A stretch of DNA of 64,000 bases, from the sequence record DRR378314_123. One strand, written 5' to 3'. The first letter of the stretch is position 1. Each line of letters opens with the position of its first letter. The translations under genes were made by a program, and so were the position numbers. This document shows positions 7,885-17,941 of this stretch, piece after piece. Below the pieces are notes generated by a model. The model was given only the letters and a program-made list of their open reading frames with translations. It was not told where the DNA came from and did not search any database.

Positions 7885-10758
7885 ATGCGTCGAAACCGTC
7901 AGTCCGCGCAGGTATCGCTGGCCTTCCTGATTGCTTCGGCGATCACCCTCGGCATGCTGATACTCACCATTGTACTGGTCGGGCAGAGCTTTCGCGGCAT
8001 GGAGAGCGCCAAAGTAACCGCTGCCAGCGCCACGGCTCGCCAGCTTGCCGTCAGCGTGGATGATCGCATCCGCGCCATCACCGGCCCACCGTCAACCGCG
8101 CTCGCGGTTCTCAGCCACGACCCCATGGCCGTCGCCGATACCCTGCAACAACGCCTGGTCAGACTTCCTGTCATTGCGGACATTCTCGACAGCAGCGACA
8201 TCGTCAGTGCCGTTTACGCTGGGTATGCCAATGGTGACTTCTTCCTCTTACGCAAGATACGCAGCTCCGGCTCCATACAGTTTCCGGATGCCCCTGACGG
8301 CGCACACTACCTGCTTCAATCAATCACCTACAGCGACGACGGACAGCAGCAACCTGTCTGGCACTTCTATGACGCCAACCGCACGCTCCTGGAGCGCCAT
8401 ACGCCGTCCGACTACCGCTTTGACCCGCGAACCCGTGGCTGGTACCAACTGGCCCTTGATTCCGGTGATACGGAACTGACCGCGCCCTATCTCTTTTTTA
8501 CGACCGGTGAAACCGGCCTGACGCTCTCTCGACGGCAAGCTGCTGCCGAGAGCGTGGACGGTAATGCTGTGTTCGGCATTGACGTCACCGTTACAGACCT
8601 GAGCGCACAATTGACCGAACTGAGACAGACGCCGGGCACCCGCATTGCCATCGTCAGCGCCGGGGGCTCACCTCTGGCCTACACAGGGCCTGCTCCCGCC
8701 AGCACGGAAGCAGTTGCCGGCCCAGCGGCATCGGAACCCGGAAGGATCAGTGACCCTGCGATTACCGCCACACTCAAGCAAAGCAACAAGCAAGCCGGGA
8801 ACGCATCGGTAAACCGCTTCACGACCGAAAACCGAGACTGGTACGGCATGACCGAGCCCCTTGAGTCCCTCGATCAGGAGAACCTGAAAATCGCCGTGGC
8901 CATTCCCGCCGACGAACTCTTGGCCGATGTCTGGGAAGCCCTGACCCGGCAGACCATCCTGGCAAGCGCCATTGCACTTCTGTTGCTGGTCATCGGCTGG
9001 TTCCTGGGCCGTCGCGTCGGGAGGCCGCTGGAATTACTGACTCGCCGAGTTGGCGCGCTTTCCCGTTTTCGCTTCGACACGTCCATCTCCGTCAATTCCC
9101 ACATTCGCGAAGCCCGTCAACTCAGCGTCGCGCTCGACGATATGGCCAGTACAATCCGTAGCTTCCAAAGCATTGCGACCGCACTCAATCGGGGTCAAGA
9201 TCTGGATAGCCTTTTGAAAGATATTCTCGAACAGATCGTTCACATCCTCGGGCAGACCCGGGGGGCGATCTACCTGATGAGCCGTCAGAATAGCGAACTC
9301 AGGCTTTCCGTGGACCGCGACGTACACCCACCAGAGATCATCACGGGCGTCAGCGCCACGGACGACGATAATGAGGTCATACGGGCACTTCGCCACACCC
9401 TGTCAGGCCACCCGGTGTTCGCCATCCTCAGGAACCGTCGTAAGCAACTGATTGGGGCCCTGGTCATCGAAATGGAGCATGGGGACCATACCCACCTGAG
9501 CGATGACCTGATCGTGTTCGTGGATGAAATCGCCGGCTCGGCCGCCGTCGCCATCGAAACCCGTGAGTTGATTGAGAGCCAGCAGGCGCTGCTTGAGGGC
9601 ATCATACGCCTGGTTGCCAACGCCATTGATGCCAAATCACCGTATACGGGTGGCCATTGCGACCGCGTCCCCAAACTCGCCCAGATGATGGTGGATGAAG
9701 CCATCGAAAGCCGCGAGCCCGCTTTCTCCCAATTCACCATGGATGAGGACGAGCGCTACGAGTTCCATCTGGCGGCCTGGCTGCACGACTGCGGTAAGAT
9801 CACCAGTCCGGAATACGTGGTGGACAAATCGGTCAAACTGGAAACCATCTACAACCGCATCCATGAAATTCGCACCCGCTTTGACGTTCTGCATCGGGAT
9901 GCGGAGATCCGATGCCTGAAAAGAGTGCTGGCCGGCGAAAATGCCCAGCAGGCGGAAGCCGACCGGCATCAAGAGCAACAGGAACTACAGGCGGAATTTC
10001 GCGTGGTTGCCAACGCGAATACCGGCGGCGAATTCATGTCTGAGGAGGAGATCGAGCACGTCCGGCTGATTGGCCAACGCACCTGGGTGCGTCATTTCAG
10101 TGACCGGCTGGGGCTATCCGCCGACGAAAAACAGGTGCTGGCCGACATTCCGGATAACGGGTTGCCAGCGACCGAGACCCTGCTGGCAGACAAACCTGGC
10201 CATCTTCGCCCCTGGGGTGACCACAAACCACCGGTTACCAGGAACGATCCTCGAAACCGCTGGGGCTTCGATATGGTTCTGCCGGAGCACGCCACCAACC
10301 AGGGCGAACTCCACAACCTGACTGTGGCAAAAGGAACCCTCACACCGGAAGAACGCTTCCGGATCAACGACCACATCGTGCAGACCATCTGTATGCTGGA
10401 AGCCCTGCCATTACCCGACAGACTGGCAAACGTGCCCCAACTGGCGGGCACTCACCATGAGCGCATGGACGGCGAGGGTTACCCCTGCCGTCTGAAGGCA
10501 GACGACATGGGCATTCCTGAGCGGATCATGGCAGTGGCCGACATATTCGAGGCACTGACCGCCATTGACCGCCCCTACAAGGAGGGCAAAACGCTGACCG
10601 AATCCCTGACCATCATGCAACGGATGGTAGATGAGGGACACATCGACCGGGCGGTGTTCCGGTTGTTCATCCGGTCCGGCGTATACCGCCGATACGCGGA
10701 GCAACACCTGCGCCCAGAGCAAATTGACAACGTGAACGAAGAACGCTTTCTCACATGA
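7885..10758 (+). CDS. Membrane HD-GYP phosphodiesterase (Cache-like sensor, HAMP, GAF-like, split HD-GYP)
   Basis: Two TM segments, FDPRTRGWY Cache motif, DAKSPYTGGHCDRV, WLHDCGK, HHERMDGEGYP and ADIFEALT..RPYK. Confidence 0.9.
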   Translation: MRRNRQSAQVSLAFLIASAITLGMLILTIVLVGQSFRGMESAKVTAASATARQLAVSVDDRIRAITGPPSTALAVLSHDPMAVADTLQQRLVRLPVIADILDSSDIVSAVYAGYANGDFFLLRKIRSSGSIQFPDAPDGAHYLLQSITYSDDGQQQPVWHFYDANRTLLERHTPSDYRFDPRTRGWYQLALDSGDTELTAPYLFFTTGETGLTLSRRQAAAESVDGNAVFGIDVTVTDLSAQLTELRQTPGTRIAIVSAGGSPLAYTGPAPASTEAVAGPAASEPGRISDPAITATLKQSNKQAGNASVNRFTTENRDWYGMTEPLESLDQENLKIAVAIPADELLADVWEALTRQTILASAIALLLLVIGWFLGRRVGRPLELLTRRVGALSRFRFDTSISVNSHIREARQLSVALDDMASTIRSFQSIATALNRGQDLDSLLKDILEQIVHILGQTRGAIYLMSRQNSELRLSVDRDVHPPEIITGVSATDDDNEVIRALRHTLSGHPVFAILRNRRKQLIGALVIEMEHGDHTHLSDDLIVFVDEIAGSAAVAIETRELIESQQALLEGIIRLVANAIDAKSPYTGGHCDRVPKLAQMMVDEAIESREPAFSQFTMDEDERYEFHLAAWLHDCGKITSPEYVVDKSVKLETIYNRIHEIRTRFDVLHRDAEIRCLKRVLAGENAQQAEADRHQEQQELQAEFRVVANANTGGEFMSEEEIEHVRLIGQRTWVRHFSDRLGLSADEKQVLADIPDNGLPATETLLADKPGHLRPWGDHKPPVTRNDPRNRWGFDMVLPEHATNQGELHNLTVAKGTLTPEERFRINDHIVQTICMLEALPLPDRLANVPQLAGTHHERMDGEGYPCRLKADDMGIPERIMAVADIFEALTAIDRPYKEGKTLTESLTIMQRMVDEGHIDRAVFRLFIRSGVYRRYAEQHLRPEQIDNVNEERFLT

Positions 10759-10848
10759 ACATTCCTCCATCGCGACGGGTTGTTTTCGAATTCTTCGCCG
10801 AAACCCGTATACTTTGCGCAGTTTTAAACACTTGAAAAGGACACAGAC

Positions 10849-11619
10849 ATGTTCGGCCTGTTTATCGGCGGTTTGATCGGATACCTGTTTGGCCGCTTTC
10901 CCGGCCTCCTGATTGGCGCCGTGGCAGGCGTACTGTTGACCCGATACATCAAGAGCCGTCTGTGGCAAAAACTTCGCAATGTGCAGACTGACTTCCTGGA
11001 ATCCGTGTTTGCGGTGATGGGCGCCTTGTGCAAAGCCGATGGCGTTGTCACCCGCGACGAGATCGAGGTAGCGGAACGCCTGTTCGACCGTTTTCGTCTG
11101 TCCGGCGAACACCGGGAGCGTGCCAAGGCAGCATTCAACCGGGGCAAGGCCAATGACTTCGACCTGGACGCGGAACTGCAACACTTTTTACGGGTGAGTG
11201 GCCGCCAGCCCGCATTACTGCAGATGTTCCTTCAGGTTCAGGTGTCTGCCATTGCCGCCGATGGTGTGGTGCACCCGGCCGAACACGACATGTTGGTGCG
11301 CATCGCGCGGGGGCTCGGCCTGCCCGAGGCCCAAGTGGACCAGTTGGAAGCCATGTTGCGGGGCGCTCACGCTGGCCAGTCTGGCGCTGCAGGCCAGGCG
11401 TCGTCCGCCAGCCAGATCGACGATGCCTACAAGGTTCTCGGGGTGTCCTCATCCGCCAGCGACTCGGACATCAAGAAAGCCTATCGAAAACTGATGAGTG
11501 AAAATCATCCCGACAAGCTGGCCGGGCGCGGCCTGCCAGAAAGCATGCGGGAAATGGCGGAAGAGCGCACTCGAGAGATCAGCCACGCCTATGACGTCAT
11601 CAAGGAAGCCCGCAGCTAA
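10849..11619 (+). CDS. djlA: Co-chaperone DjlA
   Basis: N-terminal TM, TerB-like KADG/ADG region and C-terminal J domain with HPDKL. Confidence 0.93.
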   Translation: MFGLFIGGLIGYLFGRFPGLLIGAVAGVLLTRYIKSRLWQKLRNVQTDFLESVFAVMGALCKADGVVTRDEIEVAERLFDRFRLSGEHRERAKAAFNRGKANDFDLDAELQHFLRVSGRQPALLQMFLQVQVSAIAADGVVHPAEHDMLVRIARGLGLPEAQVDQLEAMLRGAHAGQSGAAGQASSASQIDDAYKVLGVSSSASDSDIKKAYRKLMSENHPDKLAGRGLPESMREMAEERTREISHAYDVIKEARS

Positions 11620-11636
11620 AGCCCCGGGAGCCGGGC

Positions 11637-12263
11637 TCATAGCCAGCGAGGCACCCGCCTGCAATAGGCTTCGTAAGCCTCGCCGAACAACTCGGCGAGG
11701 GCCTTTTCTTCCACCCTCGCCTGCCGGACCAACACCGTCACACCCGCAACCAGGCACACCAGCGAGAACACGGAAGGCAGCGCCAGGAAAAAACCCAACT
11801 GGCCGAGCATAACCGCCATGAACACCGGGTTGCGGCTGCGGCGATAAGGGCCACCTGTGAGCAGGTGTTGATCCTGCTTCGGATCAACACCCGAGCGCCA
11901 GTCCTCGTGCATGTAGGCTTGCAGGTAATTGACCAGGCTGAACGATAGCAGCAGCAACATCATCCCCGTGACCAACATCGCCCCATGATAGAGCGAACCA
12001 AAGACACCCAGCCAGCGATCGATGTCCACAAAGACGCGTGCCACAACCACGGCCAGGATTGAGGCTCGAAAGGCATTGAAAATGTGCCTGTGCCACCATC
12101 CAGAGGAAGCCCGCTCGCCGTAGTTGATAAAGGAGAATCCCATCCTGGCGTATAGGCCGAGACTGCGGGCAGTGAACTGGAGGCCGATCATCAGGAAGAA
12201 AATGCCGAGGAAGTATCGGACCAATGGTTCGGCAAATGAGTCGAAAGTATCCAGGAGCATCAT
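11637..12263 (-). CDS. Isoprenylcysteine carboxylmethyltransferase/PEMT-family membrane protein
   Basis: WRSGVD, LLTGGPYRRSRNPVF and EEKAL..FGEAYEAYCRRVPRWL. Confidence 0.85.
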   Translation of the reverse strand: MMLLDTFDSFAEPLVRYFLGIFFLMIGLQFTARSLGLYARMGFSFINYGERASSGWWHRHIFNAFRASILAVVVARVFVDIDRWLGVFGSLYHGAMLVTGMMLLLLSFSLVNYLQAYMHEDWRSGVDPKQDQHLLTGGPYRRSRNPVFMAVMLGQLGFFLALPSVFSLVCLVAGVTVLVRQARVEEKALAELFGEAYEAYCRRVPRWL

Positions 12264-12438
12264 TAAATTTGCTGACTACCGTGATTGTGTCCAGAACAAG
12301 CTGGTCGCATGTCGTAACGGGTGAAACCGGATTCTTACCTTTTGTGCGGAGCGATGCAATTTCCTGATATGACATATCGTCACGTTTAGGTTTTGTATAC
12401 AGTGAATACCGCCCCGAAAACAACACGGAGTATCTGCC

Positions 12439-13926
12439 TTGACCGCCCCACAACCGTCGCAACCCCACTCGCAATCCCTGCACACGTTCAGTGACGACCT
12501 GCTTGGCCGGCACGACGCTACCGCACTGGCCGAACTGATTCGCAACGGCGACGTATCAGCCGATGAAGTCCTTCAGGCCACCCTGGCCCGGGCGCGACTG
12601 GCCGAACCTTTTATCCATGGTCTGGTTACACCCATTCCCGACACCGGTGAGGAACTGGCTGCCACGACATCATCGCCCACAAGCAAAACGGCGCCGGGCA
12701 TCTTTTCAGGCGTACCCACCGTGGTCAAGGACAACACCGATGTAGAAAGGTTCCCCACGTCCCACGGAACCGCGGCGATCCATCCCCAACCGGCGGGTAA
12801 TACCAGCCCTTTTGCTCGCCAGTTGCTGTCCCAGGGGCTGGTGTGTTTCGGCAAAAGCACCTTGCCGGAATTCGGTTTCAATGCCACCACCGAGCCGGCT
12901 CACGGCACGCCCAGCCGCAACCCCTGGCACCTTCAATATTCCACCGGTGCGTCTTCGGGAGGTTCCGCTGCGCTGGTTGCTGCCGGGGTTGTCACCATCG
13001 CACATGCCAACGATGGTGGCGGCTCCATTCGTATCCCGGCGGCCTGCTGCGGACTGGTGGGGTTGAAACCGACGCGGGGCCGGCTGATCGACAACGATGC
13101 AGCCAAGACACTGCCTATCAATATCGTCAGTGATGGTGTCGTAACACGCACGGTGAGGGATACCGCCAACTTCTATGGCGGAGCGGAACGCTATTACCGA
13201 AACCCGAAGCTCCCGGCTATTGGAACGGTGGAGGGACCCACCACGCGCCCACTCAGGATTGGCCTGGTGACGGACTCCATTAATGGTCATGCCACCGACA
13301 CCGACACAAGGGCTGCTGTTGAGAAAACGGCTCGTTTCCTGGAAACACAGGGGCACAAGGTAGAACCGATGGACGTTCCCGTTGCGTCCACGTTCCCTGA
13401 CGATTTTGCGCTCTACTGGGGAATGCTCGCCTTCGGAGTGCGCGCCAATGGCAATCGGCTGATTCATCCAAGCTTTGACAAGTCTCGGCTGGACGGGCTG
13501 ACACTGGGGCTCGATAAGGCCTTCCGGAGACAGTTCTACAGATTGCCAGCAGCGCTCTGGCGCCTGCATCGCTCGTATCACGACTACGCAAGAGCCATGT
13601 CCGATTACGATGCCGTTCTTACTCCCGTACTCGGTCACACCACACCCGAGATCGGTTACCTAAGCCCCACGGTGGACTTCAACACTCTGTTCGATCGTCT
13701 GACCCGATACGTGAGCTTCACACCACTGGCCAATGCCACTGGTGCACCTGCCATTTCCCTGCCAGCCGGCCTCAATGAACAGGGTCTGCCGGTGTCCATT
13801 CAACTGATGGGAAAACACGGAGGCGAGAAAACGCTGCTGGAGCTGGCGTATCTACTCGAGGACGAAGTGGATTGGCCCAGAATAGACCAGCGACCAGGTC
13901 ACGTGGTGGCAGGTTCCGCCCCCTGA
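12439..13926 (+). CDS. Amidase (amidase-signature family)
   Basis: Lys in VVKDN, GASSGGSAA and NDGGGSIRIPA give the Ser-cisSer-Lys triad. TTG start. Confidence 0.93.
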   Translation: MTAPQPSQPHSQSLHTFSDDLLGRHDATALAELIRNGDVSADEVLQATLARARLAEPFIHGLVTPIPDTGEELAATTSSPTSKTAPGIFSGVPTVVKDNTDVERFPTSHGTAAIHPQPAGNTSPFARQLLSQGLVCFGKSTLPEFGFNATTEPAHGTPSRNPWHLQYSTGASSGGSAALVAAGVVTIAHANDGGGSIRIPAACCGLVGLKPTRGRLIDNDAAKTLPINIVSDGVVTRTVRDTANFYGGAERYYRNPKLPAIGTVEGPTTRPLRIGLVTDSINGHATDTDTRAAVEKTARFLETQGHKVEPMDVPVASTFPDDFALYWGMLAFGVRANGNRLIHPSFDKSRLDGLTLGLDKAFRRQFYRLPAALWRLHRSYHDYARAMSDYDAVLTPVLGHTTPEIGYLSPTVDFNTLFDRLTRYVSFTPLANATGAPAISLPAGLNEQGLPVSIQLMGKHGGEKTLLELAYLLEDEVDWPRIDQRPGHVVAGSAP

Positions 13927-15836
13927 ACGGCAGGCGGCTCAGCGGCAACGACCCGGTTCCGACCGCGACCCTTGGCTTCGTAGAGGGCCTCATCGGCCCG
14001 ACTGAAGATGTCCTTGGTGGCGTCCGCCTCGCTGGGACAGACAGCGTACAAACCGATACTCACTGTCAGGTTCAGTACTTCATCAGACACCTGGAACCCG
14101 GTTTCCTCGACTTGGCATCGAATCCTCTCAGCCACCCTCATGGCCCCCTCTTCCGGTGTATCCGGCAACAGGACCACAAATTCCTCACCACCGTAACGGG
14201 CGGCCAGATCCTGCGGCCGTGTGACGTATTCACGGATACAGTTGGCCACCATCTGCAGGCAATCGTCACCCACCAGGTGGCCATAGGTGTCGTTAAACTT
14301 CTTGAAGTGGTCGATGTCCAGTAGCAGCAATGACAACGGCTGACTGAATCGATAGGCCTTTACCACCGCCGAACTGAAGGCGCGGTCAAAATAGCCCCGG
14401 TTCTTGAGCCCCGTAAGGGCGTCGGTGGCACTGAGTTCACGCAATTGATCGTTCAGCGACTCAAGATCCCGTGTACGCTCCTGCACTCTGAGCTCAAGCA
14501 AGGTATTGGCTTCCTGCTGGACGCGTAAGGATTTTTCCTGCGCCATCCGGGCCTTGCGCTCTTCAAGCAGCAAACGTTGCTGGGCCTCAAAAGCACGCTT
14601 TTTCTCCCGGTTGAGCCTGTCCGCCAATGCGACCGACAACAGGATAACGCCAATGGCGGAGCCCACCTGGGTGGCGTTCTCCGTCAACAGATTGCGAGGC
14701 AGCATGGTGAACTTGCTCAGCGCCAACACGATCCCTCCAAAGAGCATGAACACCCAGGCCAAGGCATAGTACCGTGCTGCCGGGTCTTTGTTCAGCCAGC
14801 GCACAATACTGAGTACCAACATGGTCGTGCAGCCCAGGAACCCGAGCAGAATCGTCGGCAGAATCATCAGTCGATACGGGACCAGCAGTCCCGCGGTGGC
14901 CATAGCCCCAGCGATAACGATGAGGACCACCGTGAGCCTGTTAAGAACCGGGTGGTTTGCGGGTGTCACATTAATAAAGCGAATACTGAACGTACCACCG
15001 AACAGCACCACCAGATTCAGGAAAACGATAATCGCCTGATCGTTCCACCAGGTGGCCTCCGGCCAGAGATACTGGAAGGCGACGCCATGCAGGCTTGCCA
15101 GGAACAGGGGCATGGCCGAAATATAGCCCACGTAGTAGAGGAAGCTCCGCTCCCCAACAGCCATGTAAACAAACAGGTTATACAGGATCATCACCAGTAC
15201 GATGCCGTAATAGATACCTTCAAACAGGCTGCGGGCTTGCTCGGCCACGTAGAAGGCGTCCTGATCCCAAAGGGTCAGGGGTACCTGCATGGAACTGGTC
15301 GTGTCCACGCGAAGGTAGATGGCGAGTTCGTCGTCACGCGAGAGGGAGAGCGGGACGAGAAAATTGCGGTGATAGATCGGGCGCTGGTAGAACGGCTGTT
15401 TGTCACCCAGCAGGTGGCGTTCAACCAGTTCACCATCTTCAAGCAGATAGACCTCGAGATGGTCCAACACCGGATACCCGATTTCCAGGAATAAGGGAGC
15501 CGCAGCAGAACCGGGGTTCCGGACGTTTACCCGGAACCAGTAAACCTCATCGCCGTATCCCAGGCTAACGCTGTCTTTGCCATTTGGCTGCCATTCGCTT
15601 TCGGGGAGCTGCCTCACGGAATCCAGAGAAACGGCGCCGGCCGGTTCCTGCAAATACGCCACGTGCCTGGGGAGCTCCAGGCGCTTGGAATAACCGCCCC
15701 AAACCGCAGGCTCCGCAGAAACCATAGCCGGCAGCGCAAACAGAAAAATGGCAAACAGTGCCCACGTCACACCTGTTTTCAAAGACATCCCCAATGTAAG
15801 AGAGACATTCTGGTTACTGGTTTTCGCTTTCAGCAT
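13899..15836 (-). CDS. Diguanylate cyclase with 7TMR-DISM extracellular and 7TM domains
   Basis: SLGY..YWFR and LGDKQPFYQRPI (DISMED2-like), 7TM region, RPQD I-site and GGEEF. Start uncertain; the ORF is open to 15950. Confidence 0.9.
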   Translation of the reverse strand: MLKAKTSNQNVSLTLGMSLKTGVTWALFAIFLFALPAMVSAEPAVWGGYSKRLELPRHVAYLQEPAGAVSLDSVRQLPESEWQPNGKDSVSLGYGDEVYWFRVNVRNPGSAAAPLFLEIGYPVLDHLEVYLLEDGELVERHLLGDKQPFYQRPIYHRNFLVPLSLSRDDELAIYLRVDTTSSMQVPLTLWDQDAFYVAEQARSLFEGIYYGIVLVMILYNLFVYMAVGERSFLYYVGYISAMPLFLASLHGVAFQYLWPEATWWNDQAIIVFLNLVVLFGGTFSIRFINVTPANHPVLNRLTVVLIVIAGAMATAGLLVPYRLMILPTILLGFLGCTTMLVLSIVRWLNKDPAARYYALAWVFMLFGGIVLALSKFTMLPRNLLTENATQVGSAIGVILLSVALADRLNREKKRAFEAQQRLLLEERKARMAQEKSLRVQQEANTLLELRVQERTRDLESLNDQLRELSATDALTGLKNRGYFDRAFSSAVVKAYRFSQPLSLLLLDIDHFKKFNDTYGHLVGDDCLQMVANCIREYVTRPQDLAARYGGEEFVVLLPDTPEEGAMRVAERIRCQVEETGFQVSDEVLNLTVSIGLYAVCPSEADATKDIFSRADEALYEAKGRGRNRVVAAEPPAVQGAEPATT

Positions 15837-16089
15837 AAACCAGAAATCAGCGTTCCGCCGCTGGGGCCCGTAAAATGACTCAATCAGACAACAAAACCTC
15901 ACACACTGCGATACTTCCTCACGTTTTCGACCTCGAGCGCCCCGTCCCATGTGACTTCAAAGTGGACAGTTTCCGGGCGGGGTGCCAGTATTAAAGCGTC
16001 GATAATTGGAAGATGCTGGCCTGAAGACGACCAATCGCCGCTCCTTGTCGTACACCTACTATCGTCCTCGGAACTGACAGTCAGAGACT

Positions 16090-17925
16090 ATGCGCGATAC
16101 GGATACCTTCGTGACCTTTCACAAGGCACTGACGGAACTCAGCCACAGTCCAGCGTTTATCGACAAGAAGCGCTCGCAAAAATTGGCAGACCTGACCGCG
16201 CTTTGCGCAAACCTGCTCGACGTTGATCGAGTGAGTGTCTGGCAGTTTCCAGAAGAACGTGACCGCATTGATTCAGAGTGGCTTCATACCAGGGAGTCGG
16301 GCACCGGTGACACCTCCAGTCTTTACCAGTCCAGCAATCCGGAGTACTTCACAGCCCTCGAAACGGAGCGCGTCATTTCTGTCCTGGACGCCCAGAACGA
16401 TCCCCGAACCCGGGCCTTCACGCCTGGGTACCTGGCCCCCCTCAACATCATGTCGATGCTCGACGCGCCGGTTTTTGACGGTGCCCGGCTCAGCGGCGTC
16501 ATCTGCCTGGAAGCCACGAACCAACGTCACTGGACCCTGCCGGAAATATCGTTCGTCATCGCGATTGCTGACACCATCAGCCTGATCAATACCCACGAAG
16601 CCTGGCTCTATTCACAACGGGCTCTTGAATACGTCACCCGTTACGATTCACTGACCGGGCTATCGAACATCGACTCCCTGCGAGACCGCATCAGCCAACT
16701 TGCCAGCAAAATAGAGCGGCGGCGGCTTGGCAGCCTGGCCCTGATATGGATTGATGTGGATCGCCTGAAATCCATCAACGATGGGCTTGGGCCGCAGGTG
16801 GGAGACAACGTTATTGCCGAAGTCGGCCGCCGCCTGAAACAACTCTCCATCCCGGGCAAAGACCTGCTGGCCAGAATTGGTGGCGATGAGTACGCCCTGA
16901 TCGTCCGCAACCACACTATGCGGGACTCACTGGAACTGACTGCCTCACGCATACGGCAGGAAATCAGCAAGCCCATCCGCCTGACCGGTCATTCCATCAC
17001 TGTCGGTGCCAGCCTGGGGATCTGCCATCTGCCCGGGGACTGTGATACCACCGAAGATCTGTTCCGCGGCGCCGAGGCCGCCATGTACAACGCCAAGCAG
17101 CGGGGCCGCGACCAGGCATGCTTCTTTGACTCCAATATCCAGATAACAGCCCGGTCGCGATTCGCCCTGGAAAACGAATTGCGGGCCGCCATCAAAAACC
17201 GCACTCTGGACGTGTTCTATCAACCCATCGTGAACGCCAATGGGCTCAACATAGAATCTCTGGAAGCGCTCGTGCGCTGGCACCATCCGCATCGAGGCTG
17301 GCTGTCGCCCATTGAGTTCCTGGGCATCGCCAGAAGCGGCGGCCTGATGTACACCCTGGGGCAGTGTGTACTCCGTCGTGTGTGCGAAAACTGGCAACAG
17401 GCGCATAACCAGGGCATCACGCTACCTGAAATCTCCGTTAACCTCGCGGCAGAGCAGGTATCAGTGCCGGAACTCCCCGGGCTGATCCGGGAAACCTGCC
17501 GTCAATACGACGTGCCGGTCAGCGCTCTGCATTTCGAGGTGACCGAAGATTCCATTCAAGGAGATTTCAACGCCCTGACCGACATACTGGAAGAGCTGGT
17601 CGCTGATGGTTCAAGCCTGGCCATCGACGATTTTGGGACCGGCTACTCCTCGCTCTCCCGCCTTAAAACCTTGCCATTTTCCCGCATCAAGATTGACCGT
17701 TCCTTTATCAGCAATCTGCCGGACGACGAGGACGACTGCGCCATTACCCTGTCCATCATTGGCCTGGCACGAGGGCTTGGGCTATCGGTCGTCGCCGAGG
17801 GCGTTGAAACCGAAGCCCATGAACAGTGGCTCGTTCAACAAGGCTGTGACTATCTGCAAGGCTATCGATACAGTAGGCCTTTGCCATTCGATGCCCTCAT
17901 GGAAGCGTTTTTCCCACGGCCCTGA
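16090..17925 (+). CDS. GAF-GGDEF-EAL c-di-GMP protein
   Basis: GAF (SMLDAPV), GGDEY variant, EALVRW, DDFGTGYSS and AEGVET. Confidence 0.92.
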   Translation: MRDTDTFVTFHKALTELSHSPAFIDKKRSQKLADLTALCANLLDVDRVSVWQFPEERDRIDSEWLHTRESGTGDTSSLYQSSNPEYFTALETERVISVLDAQNDPRTRAFTPGYLAPLNIMSMLDAPVFDGARLSGVICLEATNQRHWTLPEISFVIAIADTISLINTHEAWLYSQRALEYVTRYDSLTGLSNIDSLRDRISQLASKIERRRLGSLALIWIDVDRLKSINDGLGPQVGDNVIAEVGRRLKQLSIPGKDLLARIGGDEYALIVRNHTMRDSLELTASRIRQEISKPIRLTGHSITVGASLGICHLPGDCDTTEDLFRGAEAAMYNAKQRGRDQACFFDSNIQITARSRFALENELRAAIKNRTLDVFYQPIVNANGLNIESLEALVRWHHPHRGWLSPIEFLGIARSGGLMYTLGQCVLRRVCENWQQAHNQGITLPEISVNLAAEQVSVPELPGLIRETCRQYDVPVSALHFEVTEDSIQGDFNALTDILEELVADGSSLAIDDFGTGYSSLSRLKTLPFSRIKIDRSFISNLPDDEDDCAITLSIIGLARGLGLSVVAEGVETEAHEQWLVQQGCDYLQGYRYSRPLPFDALMEAFFPRP

Positions 17926-17941
17926 AGATCAAGACGATATA

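Noticed and set aside
12370..12382. TGAC-N5-GTCA palindrome upstream of the amidase
   Set aside because: Too short to distinguish from chance, and no adjacent regulator.
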